A stretch of 64,000 nucleotides of DNA, from the NCBI GenBank assembly GCA_963745035.1, contig CAVUVW010000027.1, forward strand, positions 64,001 through 128,000, written 5' to 3'. A program made the translations under genes and the position numbers. Within the stretch, counting starts at the first letter, position 1; the number at the start of each line of letters is the position of its first letter. The notes below the pieces were generated by a model. The model saw only the letters and a program-made list of their open reading frames with translations, made no database searches and had not been told where the DNA came from. Shown piece after piece: positions 1-10,025 of the stretch. This DNA is from an uncultured delta proteobacterium. Lineage in GTDB: Bacteria > Desulfobacterota > Binatia > UBA9968.

Positions 1-1122
1 AACGGATTTGGACGAGCAGAAGCCAATAACCACAACGGGATGTTTGACCGAAAAGGCCGGGTCTGGTTTGCGGCTACCGTCCGCGCACCCAACAATCCCG
101 ACTTTTGCAAGAAGGGTTCGGACCATCCCTCTGCCAAGAGGTTTCCACTTGAGCGAACAAATCGCCAGCTGACGATGCTTGATCCCACGACTGGTCAATA
201 CACGTTTATAGACACTTGCTTCGGTACACATCACCTGCAATTTGGGTACGATGCTAATGAAACGTCTGTGGACCAGCGGCGGTGGGCAGGTGATCGGGTG
301 GGTTAACACTAAAATGTTGGATGAGACAGGCGATCTTGCCAAGTCCCAGGGTTGGACGCCGATGATTCTGGATACTAACGGCAACGGGAAGCGCGACGAG
401 TACGTCGAGCCCGACCAGCCGGTAGATCCGACCAAAGACAAGAGAATATCAGCAGGCTTCTACGCCGTGATGCCGAGCCCGGTTGATGGTTCGGTCTGGG
501 GTACCACGAGGGCTTTCCCGGGGGCTGTCGTTCGTATCGCGCCGGGGTCGAATCCGTCGGAGACGGCGCTTGCAGAAATTTACAAAGTCCCGATGCCCGG
601 ATTTGGAATTCGCGGCGGTGACATCGACCGTAAGGGCGTCGTGTGGGTATCGCTTGCGAGTGGACATCTCGGAAGCTTCGACCGGCGCAAATGTAAAGGT
701 CCTCTTAATGGTCCGAAGGCGACGGGTGATCACTGCCCGGAGGGCTGGTCGTTCCATCAATATCCGGGTCCGGGCTTCAAAGGCATCGGTGAAAACAGCG
801 CGGAGTCGAGCTACTATAGCTGGGTTGATCAGCACAACACTTTTGGCCTTGGTGAGGACGTGCCCATGTCAACGGCTAACTTGCACGGTGGCTTAGATCG
901 CGTTGAAAGACGGCAAGATGATCCTATTAGCCGTACCGTATCCGCTTGGTTTCTATGCGAAGGGCTTTGACGGCCGCATCGACGACTTGAAGGCGGGTTG
1001 GAAAGGCCGCGGATTGTGGAGTTCTAGCGGTGATCGCGCACCATGGTTGATGGAGCGCGGCAAGGGCGGTAAGCCGATGGCTGTGCACTTCCAAATACGA
1101 CCCGAATCCACTGGCGAAGTGA
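1..1122 (+). CDS. C-terminal part of a large beta-propeller-like protein (Vgb-like/carboxypeptidase-regulatory-domain-associated family); 5' end outside window; three apparent 1-bp frameshifts
   Basis: ORFs 40-306, 242-970 and 903-1148 join into one coherent sequence (GRVWF..., DTNGNGKRD, GVVWVSLASGHLGSFDRRKCKGP, VHFQIRP-DPLAK* with stop at 1120-1122 after the last shift). Confidence 0.65.
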
Positions 1123-1172
1123 GGCGCAACAGCGACGGCGGATATTAGTTAAAGAACCAGACGAACGCAGGG

Positions 1173-1209
1173 ACAGGCTTGCGCTTGGATCGAGCGCAAG
1201 CCTGTTTTT
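1173..1209 (+). terminator. Rho-independent terminator
   Basis: Perfect 13-bp stem ACAGGCTTGCGCT/AGCGCAAGCCTGT followed by a T-run, just after the upstream gene. Confidence 0.75.
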
Positions 1210-1269
1210 GTCCGCATCTTTGTTGCGCCCTTCTACGGCTAAGTTTTCTCGCGCGAAGCGAAATCTTTC

Positions 1270-1716
1270 ATGTTAGTTAACCGCCGCACGCTGCGTATCG
1301 AATGGGGGCAGTGCGATCCCGCGGGAATCGTCTTCTATCCGCAGTATCTGATCATCTTCGATACCAGCACCGGCTGGCTATTCGAGCGCACCGGTTTGTC
1401 GCCGTCGGCAATGCGGAAGAAATACGGCATCGTCGGCATGCCGATCGTCGAAGTGGGCGCGCGCTTTGTCCAGCCTTGCCGCTTCGACGAGGAAATAGTT
1501 GTCGAGAGCGAAGTGGGCGAGTGGGGTAAAAGCAGTTTCACCGTGCGCCATCGCATTCTTCGAGAAGGCGAGCTTGCGCTCGACGGCTTCGAGAAGCGTG
1601 TCTGGGCCGGTCCGCACCCGGAGCGAACCGGCGCCATCAAAGCCCAAGCGGTTCCCGCCGAAATCATCGCCAGTCTTTCGGATGAAACCGGCAACACGCT
1701 CGTGGCCCTCAAGTGA
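1270..1716 (+). CDS. Acyl-CoA thioesterase (4-hydroxybenzoyl-CoA thioesterase-like hot-dog fold)
   Basis: IEWGQCDPAGIVFYPQY motif; 148 aa. Confidence 0.85.
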   Translation: MLVNRRTLRIEWGQCDPAGIVFYPQYLIIFDTSTGWLFERTGLSPSAMRKKYGIVGMPIVEVGARFVQPCRFDEEIVVESEVGEWGKSSFTVRHRILREGELALDGFEKRVWAGPHPERTGAIKAQAVPAEIIASLSDETGNTLVALK

Positions 1717-2068
1717 CTTGGCGAACAAATCGTCCAAGGGAGTACAAAAGGGACACAAATACCGCGACTTCCACGACGTCGGGATACGCTCCAGGGAATC
1801 CGTATTCGGCAGAGAATGGACCATGCCACGTTGAGTCCCCGCGCCCGCTGAACGCCATAGCCATTGGGAAACAATGGCTGAATTCGATCTTGTTACGATC
1901 ATTACCACTGCGGGAGCCGGTCGGGACTGTTATTTGGCAAGCAGTTGTGGCTAGTTATTTCTAAGCCGTCGACTCGCCGGCCAACTCGCAGACGGCGAGG
2001 GCCAGCGCGCCGGTCGAGCGATTTCAGCGATAAGATTTCAGCGATAGAAAGGACAGGAGGTTTTTTTC

Positions 2069-3133
2069 ATGCCAGTGATCGATGCCGACACCCACGTCGA
2101 CGAATCCGAAGCTACGTGGGCGAAGTTGCAGAACACTCCCTACGAGAAATATATACCGGTGACCGTTTCCATGCCGCCCGATGAGGCCGAGCGCGCCGGC
2201 TACAACGCCACAACCAGCCGCTGCTGGGTCGTCGAAGGCCGGCTGCAAAACCGCGCCCTCCGCGACGAAGTGAATCATCCGCCGCGGGTGCGGCGCGAGC
2301 TCGACGACGTGCCCGGCCGGCTCGCGCACATGGACGAGATGGGCGTGGACGTTCAGGTTATTTTTCCGACCTTCTTTATCCGCTACAACACGATGAACGC
2401 GGAAGCGGAATGGGCGCTGACCACAACCTACAACCGCTGGCTTGCCGAAAAGTGCGCGAATACCAAAGGGCGCCTGCGTTGGGCGGCGGTGCTGCCACTG
2501 CTGCAGCCCGACAAAGCGGTCGAGGAGCTGCGCTGGGCGAAGGAGCACGGCGCCTGCGGCATCTTCAAGCGCGGATTCGACCTCGACCGCAAGGTAACCG
2601 ACGCGCACTTTTTTCCCATTTACGAGGAAGCGAGCGCGCTGGAGCTGCCGCTGTGCATCCACACCGGCCATCCGCTTCCGGGCAGCGAGTGGGACCGGGG
2701 ATTTCCGATCATGTATTCGTTTACGGCACTGGTGAGCTCCGGCATCGCGAAAAAATTTCCCAAGCTGCGTTTCGGTCTCATCGAATCGGGAGCATCGTGG
2801 ATTCCCTACACGATTTCCCAGTTGGGCGCGCAAAAGCGCGTAACCTTGCGCGGCCAGGGGACTCGACTGCCCCGGCTGTTCGAGCTCGAACCGGAAATTT
2901 TCCGCGCCAACCGGTTGTTCGTTACCCTCGATCCGATCGATGACGTGGAGTCGTTGCTGCGGTTCGGAACGGAAGACAGCCTGATGATCGGCACCGACTA
3001 CAGCCATACCGACATCTCCGCCAACCTGAGCGCGCTTGACGAAGTGCGGAGCTGGGCGGAGGAGGGGCGGATCAGCAAAGCCCAGGCGCGCAAAATCCTA
3101 GAGACCAACTCCCAGGCGTTCTACGGACTGTAG
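2069..3133 (+). CDS. Amidohydrolase_2 family metal-dependent hydrolase/decarboxylase
   Basis: IDADTH, LPLCIHTG, ESGASW and GTDYSH motifs; AGGAGG Shine-Dalgarno upstream. Confidence 0.85.
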   Translation: MPVIDADTHVDESEATWAKLQNTPYEKYIPVTVSMPPDEAERAGYNATTSRCWVVEGRLQNRALRDEVNHPPRVRRELDDVPGRLAHMDEMGVDVQVIFPTFFIRYNTMNAEAEWALTTTYNRWLAEKCANTKGRLRWAAVLPLLQPDKAVEELRWAKEHGACGIFKRGFDLDRKVTDAHFFPIYEEASALELPLCIHTGHPLPGSEWDRGFPIMYSFTALVSSGIAKKFPKLRFGLIESGASWIPYTISQLGAQKRVTLRGQGTRLPRLFELEPEIFRANRLFVTLDPIDDVESLLRFGTEDSLMIGTDYSHTDISANLSALDEVRSWAEEGRISKAQARKILETNSQAFYGL

Positions 3134-3241
3134 AAGCCGGGCCGTGCCCGGTTGCGGGTGTCGGCTGATCTGTTAGGTTTGGCGGAGTTTGACGCCGGAA
3201 GCGGGAGCGCAGAAAAATTGGATTCCACGGGAGGAGAAAGC

Positions 3242-5113
3242 GTGAAAACAGCGACGGCCAGAAAACCAAGCGAGACAAAAGATCGGCAATCGAACCGGGT
3301 CAGCATCGACCGGCCGCAAAATCTCGGCAAACCGAAAATGAACTGGGGCAGCGATGTCGTCGCCGAAGTCACCCGGCGCCTCGATTTGAAATACATCGCC
3401 CTCGTGCCCGGCGCCAGCTATCGCGGCTTTCACGACAGCATCGTCAATTATCTCGGCAACAAGAATCCGCAGATGGTGATCTGCCTGCACGAAGAGCATG
3501 CGGTATCCATCGCCGACGGCTACGGCAAGGTGACCGAGCAACCGATGGCGGTGGCGCTGCACTCCAACGTCGGTCTCATGCACGCGACCATGACGATCTT
3601 CAACGCCTGGTGCGATCGCACGCCGATGATCATCTTCGGCGCCACCGGTCCGGTGGACGCGCACAAGCGCCGTCCGTGGATCGACTGGATCCACACGTCG
3701 AAGGATCAGGCGTCGATGATCCGCCATTACACCAAGTGGGACGATCAACCGGCCTCGCCGCAGGCGGCGGTGGAGTCGGTGCTGCGCGCCAATCAGATTA
3801 CCCGCAGCGCGCCCACGGGGCCGGTCTACGTCTGCCTCGACGTCGGCTTGCAGGAGGAGCCGCTTAAAGAGAATGTCTCGATTCCCGATCCGGCGCGTTT
3901 CGCGCCCGCGCCGTCGCCCGCCGTGCCGCGCGCTTCCGTCCTCGCGGCTTTGAAGGCGATCGACAAGGCAAAGTTCCCGTTGATTCTCATGGGGCGCGTC
4001 TCGCGCAAGCAAGCCGATTGGGACCGCCGCGTGCGCTTCGCGGAAACGATCGGGGCTGCGGTGCTGACCAGCACCAACGATCCATCTTCGTTTCCGACGA
4101 TGCATCCGCTGCATCTTGCCGCGCCGTGTCTGCGTCCGAGCAAGGCGGCCACCGCGCTGATCGAGAAAGCCGATCTGATCATCAGCATGGACTGGCTCGA
4201 CCTGGGCGGCGTTTTGCGCCTGGCGCTCGGCTCCTCGCAGACGCAGCAACCTGCCGACAAGACGATCATCCATTGTTCCATGGACAATTACCGGACCAAC
4301 GGCTGGAGCATGGATCATCAAGCGTTGGCAGCAGCCGATATACCGATCCAGGCCGAGCCCGATACATTCATCGCCCAGATGCTCGAAGAATTGGAGGCGA
4401 AGAAAGCTCCCAAGCTAAAAACCCGGCCCGAGCTGAAAAACATCGTGCATTGGAACGACGCTCTCGGCGCCAATGCAAAAGCCGCGAACGGCAAATCGAT
4501 GACCCTTTGGGATATGGCGATGACCGTCCGCGAGTTCGCCCAGAAGCGGCCGGTCACGTTCGCGCGTCTATCGCTCGGCTGGCCCGGTGAAGCCGATGTG
4601 TTCGACGGCCCGCTGTCTTTTATGGGCAACGACGGCGGCGGTGGAGTCGGCACCGGGCCCGGACACTGCGTCGGTACGGCGCTGGCGCTCAAGGGCAGCG
4701 GCCGGATTCCCGTCGGCATTATCGGCGACGGCGATTATCTGATGGGCGTGCAGGCGCTGTGGACGGCGGCGCACATGGACATTCCTCTGATGATCGTGGC
4801 GGCGGACAATCGCTCGTACTTCAACGACGAAATGCATCAGGAGAGGGTCGCGCAAATGCGCGACCGTCCGCCGCAGAATCGCTGGATCGGCCAGCGCATC
4901 GACGATCCGCGGGTGGATCTCGTCGCCATGGCGCGCGCCCAGGGATTCGACGCCGAAGCGCCGGTAACGACCGCCGAAGCGCTCGCAAAGGCGCTCAAGA
5001 AGGGCGCGGACATCGTCGCCAAAGGCGGACGCTATTTCATCGATTCGGTGATCGAGCCCGGCTACGCCGAAAGTGGACCGGATCAGCGTGCGGACATGGT
5101 GAAAAAGAAATGA
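3242..5113 (+). CDS. Thiamine pyrophosphate-dependent enzyme (acetolactate synthase/decarboxylase-like)
   Basis: HEEHAVSIADGY N-terminal motif; TPP-binding GDGD...ADNRSY motif; GTG start at 3242 after GGAGGAG. Confidence 0.85.
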   Translation: MKTATARKPSETKDRQSNRVSIDRPQNLGKPKMNWGSDVVAEVTRRLDLKYIALVPGASYRGFHDSIVNYLGNKNPQMVICLHEEHAVSIADGYGKVTEQPMAVALHSNVGLMHATMTIFNAWCDRTPMIIFGATGPVDAHKRRPWIDWIHTSKDQASMIRHYTKWDDQPASPQAAVESVLRANQITRSAPTGPVYVCLDVGLQEEPLKENVSIPDPARFAPAPSPAVPRASVLAALKAIDKAKFPLILMGRVSRKQADWDRRVRFAETIGAAVLTSTNDPSSFPTMHPLHLAAPCLRPSKAATALIEKADLIISMDWLDLGGVLRLALGSSQTQQPADKTIIHCSMDNYRTNGWSMDHQALAAADIPIQAEPDTFIAQMLEELEAKKAPKLKTRPELKNIVHWNDALGANAKAANGKSMTLWDMAMTVREFAQKRPVTFARLSLGWPGEADVFDGPLSFMGNDGGGGVGTGPGHCVGTALALKGSGRIPVGIIGDGDYLMGVQALWTAAHMDIPLMIVAADNRSYFNDEMHQERVAQMRDRPPQNRWIGQRIDDPRVDLVAMARAQGFDAEAPVTTAEALAKALKKGADIVAKGGRYFIDSVIEPGYAESGPDQRADMVKKK

Positions 5114-5177
5114 AGGGCATGACTGTGCGAGCGGATGAGACGCAGACCACTAAGACGACGCTAAAGCTCTCTTGGAC

Positions 5178-5255
5178 TCCTTCGACAAACTCAGGACGAA
5201 CGGAAATAAGATTAAAATCAGTAAGAAATTTCCGTGCATGCTGAGCTTCGAAGGA
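5178..5255. repeat. REP-like palindromic intergenic element (CCTTCGAC...CTCAGG / CTGAGC...CGAAGG type)
   Basis: Imperfect inverted repeat between convergent genes. Confidence 0.55.
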
Positions 5256-5319
5256 CGATGTCTTACCAATTCGGAGTGAGCGGTAACCTAGCCGCTCTCT
5301 CTTTGCAGTGCTCATGTCC

Positions 5320-5757
5320 TCAACGCGGGCCGATGCGCAGGTTTACCGTGCCGAGATAGATTTCCCTGAGAAACCAGACCAGCCCGACAAAAAACGTCGC
5401 CATGGCGGCGACGAACAAGATCGTCACCGAAATCGTCGCATTGAAATGCAGGGAAGCGCTCAGGAACAGTACCGCAATGACGGTGCAGATGAGCAGCGCG
5501 GTAGTGGTACAAAAGGTAATGGCGCGGTAGATCAACTGCGCGCGGCGCGACAGGATGTCGAGATCGGCGCGCAATGCGCCGACCAGCTCCGGAGCGGCGC
5601 GCTCGAGTCGCTCTTCCAAGAGGCGGGCGCGATCGATAATCCTGCCGAGCCGATTGGTCATGACGGCCAGGATGGCGCCGATGCCGGTGAGCAGAAACAC
5701 CGGCGCCACGGCGAGCTGAATCACGTGGGCTATGACGATGTCAGGGTACTCAGGCAC
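5320..5757 (-). CDS. DUF2721-like membrane protein
   Basis: IQLAVAPVFLLTGIG...TNRLGRIIDRAR signature with hydrophobic helices; the ORF's 5' extension runs through a repeat, so GTG at 5757 is preferred as start. Confidence 0.75.
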   Translation of the reverse strand: MPEYPDIVIAHVIQLAVAPVFLLTGIGAILAVMTNRLGRIIDRARLLEERLERAAPELVGALRADLDILSRRAQLIYRAITFCTTTALLICTVIAVLFLSASLHFNATISVTILFVAAMATFFVGLVWFLREIYLGTVNLRIGPR

Positions 5758-5800
5758 AGAGGATGTTTTGCCGCGGTAACGTAAGCGCTCATCCGGATCC

Positions 5801-5876
5801 GTCATTCCCGCATGTTTTAAGCGGGAATCCAGGCGAGTCCGGACTGGGCCCCCGATAAAAACATTCGGGGGCGACG
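5801..5876 (+). repeat. ~76-bp two-hairpin repeat element, copy 1
   Basis: GTCATTCCCGCATG..AAGCGGGAATCCAGGCG..CCCCCGAT..ATTCGGGGG, near-identical to 27307-27382. Confidence 0.8.
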
Positions 5877-5929
5877 ATCTAGACAACGTCACTATTCAAT
5901 TTTGACATTTTCCGGCATGCTGCGGGTTT

Positions 5930-6124
5930 TTAATCGTTCGACCTTTCAGCGTTGCTGCGGATCCACTGCTTCAGATCTTTTTCTTCTTCGTCTTTGTGCG
6001 CGTGGTGCATCTTTGCGTGCAGCCAGCCGAGCTCGACGACTTCTTCTAAAGCACCCGAGATCACGACCGTGCAGCCTTGGTCGCTGGGATACTTTCTGCA
6101 ATCGATTTTGAAGCGATCCGCCAT
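5930..6124 (-). CDS. Small DUF1059-like putative metal-binding protein
   Basis: IDC-x8-C...EEVV...H-x3-HH pattern; GGAG upstream. Confidence 0.65.
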   Translation of the reverse strand: MADRFKIDCRKYPSDQGCTVVISGALEEVVELGWLHAKMHHAHKDEEEKDLKQWIRSNAERSND

Positions 6125-6144
6125 CTTCCGCTCCTTTCGTCAGC

Positions 6145-7167
6145 TTACTGCAAACCGAAGATCTTGCCGTACACGCCGGTGAGTCGGTCGACCATCTCGG
6201 CGTGCTCCTGCTTCATGTAAATCGCTTTCTTGCCTTGGACGAATTTATAGGCCGGCGTTCCCGGAACGAAGGCCGAGGTGTGGCCGCCGAACTTCTCAAG
6301 AATTTCCTGAGCGGGCGGGGTTGGCAGAAAAGCCGAAAAGAGATGCCCGGCGTTGGGATGCGGCGCCCCTTTGATGACGCCGGCGTTGTACGCCGGCGAG
6401 ATCACCGGCGTGACTTCTTCGGCGTGGACGATCGGCGAGCCGGCTACTTTCGCCTGATGCACGAAGCTGTCGGTCAACGTGATCGCCACCAGGACTTCGC
6501 CTAACTGCATGCGACTGTAGATTGTGCCGAGCGGTCCCAAAATAGGCTGCTGCGCGGCCAGGCCTTTCACATATTCAGTCGCCTTAGCTTCGCCCCAGAG
6601 CGTCGCCAATCGGGCGAGATGATGGGTCGCGGTGGACATGCCGAGCTTGCCGCCCTTCCACTTGGGATCGAGCAGATCCTGCCAGCTTTTGGGCACATCC
6701 TTGGCGGCAACGAACTGCTTGTTATAGGCGGGCAAGGCGAACTGATTGGCCAATATCACAGTGCCGCTGTCGTATTGGATCGCCTGTGGCGCGACGCCGA
6801 CTTTGGCGTAGTCATAGGTCTTGTGCAGTTTTTTTAACCAGAGCGTGGCGTGTCCGCCGTCGTGGATCAGCATGACGTCCCATTCTTGCGGCTGGCCGGT
6901 GGCGGCGATGCTGACGATTTTCCCGACGTCCCGGGTCATGGCTCCGGCGGGAGTGAAATTAACTTTGATGTTGAGACCGTATTTTTTGTTAAACGCTTCG
7001 CCGAGCCGCTGCGCGCCTTCCGGAGTCAACGTCGAGGGGGCGTAGAGCTCGAGCACCCCTTCTTTTTTTGCTCCGGCGATCAGATCATCGATGGGCGCGC
7101 CGTACGCCGCGGGATGCCAGAGTACCAGCGCCAAAACAGCCGCGATCAAGGAACCAAGAAAATTCAT
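6145..7167 (-). CDS. ABC-type extracellular solute-binding protein (Fe3+/thiamine-binding-like)
   Basis: Signal peptide MNFLGSLIAAVLALVLWHPAAYG; AKKEG, PKSWQDLLDPKWKG and APHPNAG motifs. Confidence 0.85.
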   Translation of the reverse strand: MNFLGSLIAAVLALVLWHPAAYGAPIDDLIAGAKKEGVLELYAPSTLTPEGAQRLGEAFNKKYGLNIKVNFTPAGAMTRDVGKIVSIAATGQPQEWDVMLIHDGGHATLWLKKLHKTYDYAKVGVAPQAIQYDSGTVILANQFALPAYNKQFVAAKDVPKSWQDLLDPKWKGGKLGMSTATHHLARLATLWGEAKATEYVKGLAAQQPILGPLGTIYSRMQLGEVLVAITLTDSFVHQAKVAGSPIVHAEEVTPVISPAYNAGVIKGAPHPNAGHLFSAFLPTPPAQEILEKFGGHTSAFVPGTPAYKFVQGKKAIYMKQEHAEMVDRLTGVYGKIFGLQ

Positions 7168-7299
7168 CGCTCTCACGAGATGCCTCCGTTTCCCAAGGCA
7201 CTGCCTGCTGCGCTTCGGAGGCACTCTATTTCCAAGATGGCGGTTTGGCAAGATCGAATGAACGAGAACACGCGCAAGGGCCGAACAGCCGGAGCTTCG

Positions 7300-9222
7300 T
7301 CACGGAGCGGCGCGCCGCGCTATCGGCGGACGGTCCTCGGTCGGCTCCAAGGAAATCAGCGGCAGGAGTTGATCACGAGCTTCCTGCAACGTGCCCGCGA
7401 TGCGGTCGGCTCCCGCCGACTCGAGTGACGCGCGGCTCTGCTCGAGATCTCCGTACGGTCCCCATCGGCCGACCAGAATCTTCACGTCGGGAAAACGCGC
7501 GCGGATGCGTTTGCAAAGATACCGTGTGTGCGCGAGCCCGCCGGGGGCGACGGCGCCGATGCAAACCAAACCGGGCTGTCTTTCCTCGACCAGAGAGACC
7601 ATCTCGGAAGCGAGTCTGTCGGCGGCAACGACCTCGATTTTACAGCGTGCCGAGTCGAGAATTCGTTCGAGCGCCAGCAGCGCCACCTCATCGCCCTTGC
7701 CGTCGGCGGGAAGGCCGAGGACGCTGACGATACGCTCGGACGGATGATGCTCGGGTCCGCGCGGGCCGTCCTCCCGGTCGGACGACGTCGTTTCCCCGCG
7801 CCGCTCGTCCAGCTCTTCGAGGATCGCGCGGGTGCCTCGGTAAACGGCCTGCTCGTCTCGTTCTGAAAGGTGGCCGCGGCGCCGATCGGCTTTGGCCTGG
7901 CTCAGCGCGGGAATCAAGACGTTGTCGTAGAGCTCCGCCTCAGGATGGTTCTCGAGGTAATCTTCGACGATCTCTTCGCCTTCGTCCTGATCTTCGGCCA
8001 GCATGCGCTGGTAGTAGTTCACGTGCGGCTCCAAAGCAGGTAGATCGCTCAGCAGCACGGTGACGAAGGTCATTTCGGGGACGTATTTGGCGAACACTAC
8101 CAGGCAGACCGTGAGAGGCGTCGCCAGCACCAAACCCATCGGTCCCCAAAGCCAGGTCCAGAAAGCGGCCATGACCAAAATAGCAATTTCAGAAACGCCG
8201 GCGCTTTCACCGTACAACAGCGGCTCCAACAGAAGATTGGTCGTCAGCTCAAGGACGATAAACGCGCCGATGACCAGGAGCGGGATAGTCCACCCCGGAA
8301 AATGCGCCAAGCTCAACGCCGTCGGCATGATCGCCGCCAGCCAAGGGCCGACATAGGGGATGAAGCGCAGCACGATCGCCATGAAACCCCACAAGACCGC
8401 GTACGGCACGCCGATCAAGGAAAGGACGGCCGCCACCGCAATGCCGAAACCACTGTTGAGTAAAAGCTGCGCCAGCAAATAGCGGCTTATCCTGTAGCCG
8501 GCTTCTTCCAAGGCTTTGGTCGTCACCGTCAATCGGCTGTAGCCGAGAACGCGAATGAGCCGATTGCGCAACTCCTCCCTTTGGATGAGCATGAAAACGA
8601 CGAGCACGAGGGCGAGGCCGACGGCGGCCAGGCGTTCCACCATCGGACCGGTGGCGAGAGGAATCGGCCAGAAAGCCGACTCCTCCTCAGCGGAGACCAC
8701 GACTTCCCGCGGAGGTTCGCCTTGAGTCGGTTTGGATTTGTTCAATTCGCTCTTAACGTCTTCGACGGTCTCTTCGACCTTTTCCAAGGCGCCGCCTTTC
8801 TTGAAATTGCGCAGGTCGGCGATTTTAGCGCGAATATTTCGACGGTACTGCGGCAACTCGTTGGCGAGGTCGCCAATCTGGCGCGCAACGAACCAACCGG
8901 CTCCGAATAAAATCGCCAGCGCTAATATCGTGCCGATGGCAACGGCGAGGATGCGGCCTAGTCCGAGCCGCTCGAGCGCGCGCACAATCGGGCTTAGAAC
9001 AAATGTCAGCAGGATCGCGATCGCGATCGGAACAAGCACTTCCTGCGCCCAGTAAAGAATGGCGATAACCAAGATCGCTGAGGGAAAAAAAATCCAACCG
9101 GGCAGATTGTCGTGATTGAGATCAAGGGCTCGTGTCCCGACCGTCTGCTTTGAAGAATCGGAACCCGTTTCTGGAACCGACGCAGGGCGGCTCTTTGGTC
9201 TTTTGAAAATAGCAGAGAGCAT
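7300..9222 (-). CDS. AI-2E (PerM/TqsA) family transporter with a C-terminal B12-binding-like domain
   Basis: LRFIPYVGP and WLWGPMGLVLATPLTVCL motifs; soluble C-terminal alpha/beta domain. Confidence 0.85.
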   Translation of the reverse strand: MLSAIFKRPKSRPASVPETGSDSSKQTVGTRALDLNHDNLPGWIFFPSAILVIAILYWAQEVLVPIAIAILLTFVLSPIVRALERLGLGRILAVAIGTILALAILFGAGWFVARQIGDLANELPQYRRNIRAKIADLRNFKKGGALEKVEETVEDVKSELNKSKPTQGEPPREVVVSAEEESAFWPIPLATGPMVERLAAVGLALVLVVFMLIQREELRNRLIRVLGYSRLTVTTKALEEAGYRISRYLLAQLLLNSGFGIAVAAVLSLIGVPYAVLWGFMAIVLRFIPYVGPWLAAIMPTALSLAHFPGWTIPLLVIGAFIVLELTTNLLLEPLLYGESAGVSEIAILVMAAFWTWLWGPMGLVLATPLTVCLVVFAKYVPEMTFVTVLLSDLPALEPHVNYYQRMLAEDQDEGEEIVEDYLENHPEAELYDNVLIPALSQAKADRRRGHLSERDEQAVYRGTRAILEELDERRGETTSSDREDGPRGPEHHPSERIVSVLGLPADGKGDEVALLALERILDSARCKIEVVAADRLASEMVSLVEERQPGLVCIGAVAPGGLAHTRYLCKRIRARFPDVKILVGRWGPYGDLEQSRASLESAGADRIAGTLQEARDQLLPLISLEPTEDRPPIARRAAP

Positions 9223-9377
9223 ATCGTCTACGGAGCTAAGCGGCTCGAAGACATTGCGGCGCTCGGCCGATCAGATCGCCTCGTGCGTGCCATTAAGACG
9301 GTTCTGAGGGACGATAAAAACTGCCAACCAAGCCCATGCTGCGGCTTCAGGCAATTTTTCCGCGTTTCATGGAAGGA

Positions 9378-9392
9378 GCAACCAAGGGGCCA
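9378..9392 (-). promoter_or_regulatory. Sigma-54 -24/-12 promoter of the AI-2E gene
   Basis: Minus strand TGGCCCCTTGGTTGC, GG-N10-GC. Confidence 0.55.
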
Positions 9393-9699
9393 AGAAAAAA
9401 GCCCTAGATTTCGTGACAGGTGCGCGACATCAGTAGGCGTTTTACCGACAAGGTTGATCGTTTGACGGTATCGGCCTGCCAGCCACTCAGCCCAGAAATC
9501 CGCTGCGCATGTTTGCCGCGCAGGGCGCAATCGCGTCGGAGGCAAGGAAGCTTAAACTCGGCGTGGCGCGCGCCGCGGTCAATTTGCGCCGGGGCTAGGG
9601 TTTTCTGCGCATCCGGTAAACAAGGAGATAAAAGGACAGCATGGCGTAGTTGTAAAAAAAATCTTCGACCGGAATCAGATGTCCGAAAGCGGGCACGCG

Positions 9700-9976
9700 G
9701 TCAGAACGGAATTGACGCGCAGAAACGGCGCAGTAACAGATCGCGCTGTAGAGCTTGCTATGGAGCAGCGCACGGTCGAGGAAAAGGCATGCAGTTCGCC
9801 ATCGCGGTCCTAAAAACCATCAGCGGCCGGCGCCACAGCTCTCGCCCGACCGGCTGTTCGTAAATCTCCGATGCTTTGGCGACCATGTACCAGCGATTGA
9901 AGTTGATGCCCGCGAATCAGATGTGACGATCGAGAGGATCGGCCGGCTGGGCACAGGTGGAAATCGTTGAGTCCAT
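9700..9976 (-). pseudogene. Relic of a Rieske oxygenase 5' end
   Basis: MDSTIS...RHI*FAGINFNRWYMVAKASEIYEQPVGRELWRRPLMVFRT, then after shifts DGELHAF/LDR; in-frame stop and frameshifts. Confidence 0.55.
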
Positions 9977-10025
9977 GGAGATCGTTCGCGGTTCGAGCAA
10001 GAAACATAAGCTGAAAAACCCGCCT

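Noticed and set aside
1712-1870. Possible ~51-aa minus-strand ORF (MAMAFSGRGD...RQVT)
   Set aside because: No clear ribosome-binding site or recognisable family; cannot be supported without homology evidence
9917-9919. In-frame TGA in the Rieske-like fragment as selenocysteine
   Set aside because: The position is not a Cys site, no SECIS-like hairpin is evident, and the fragment is otherwise degenerate
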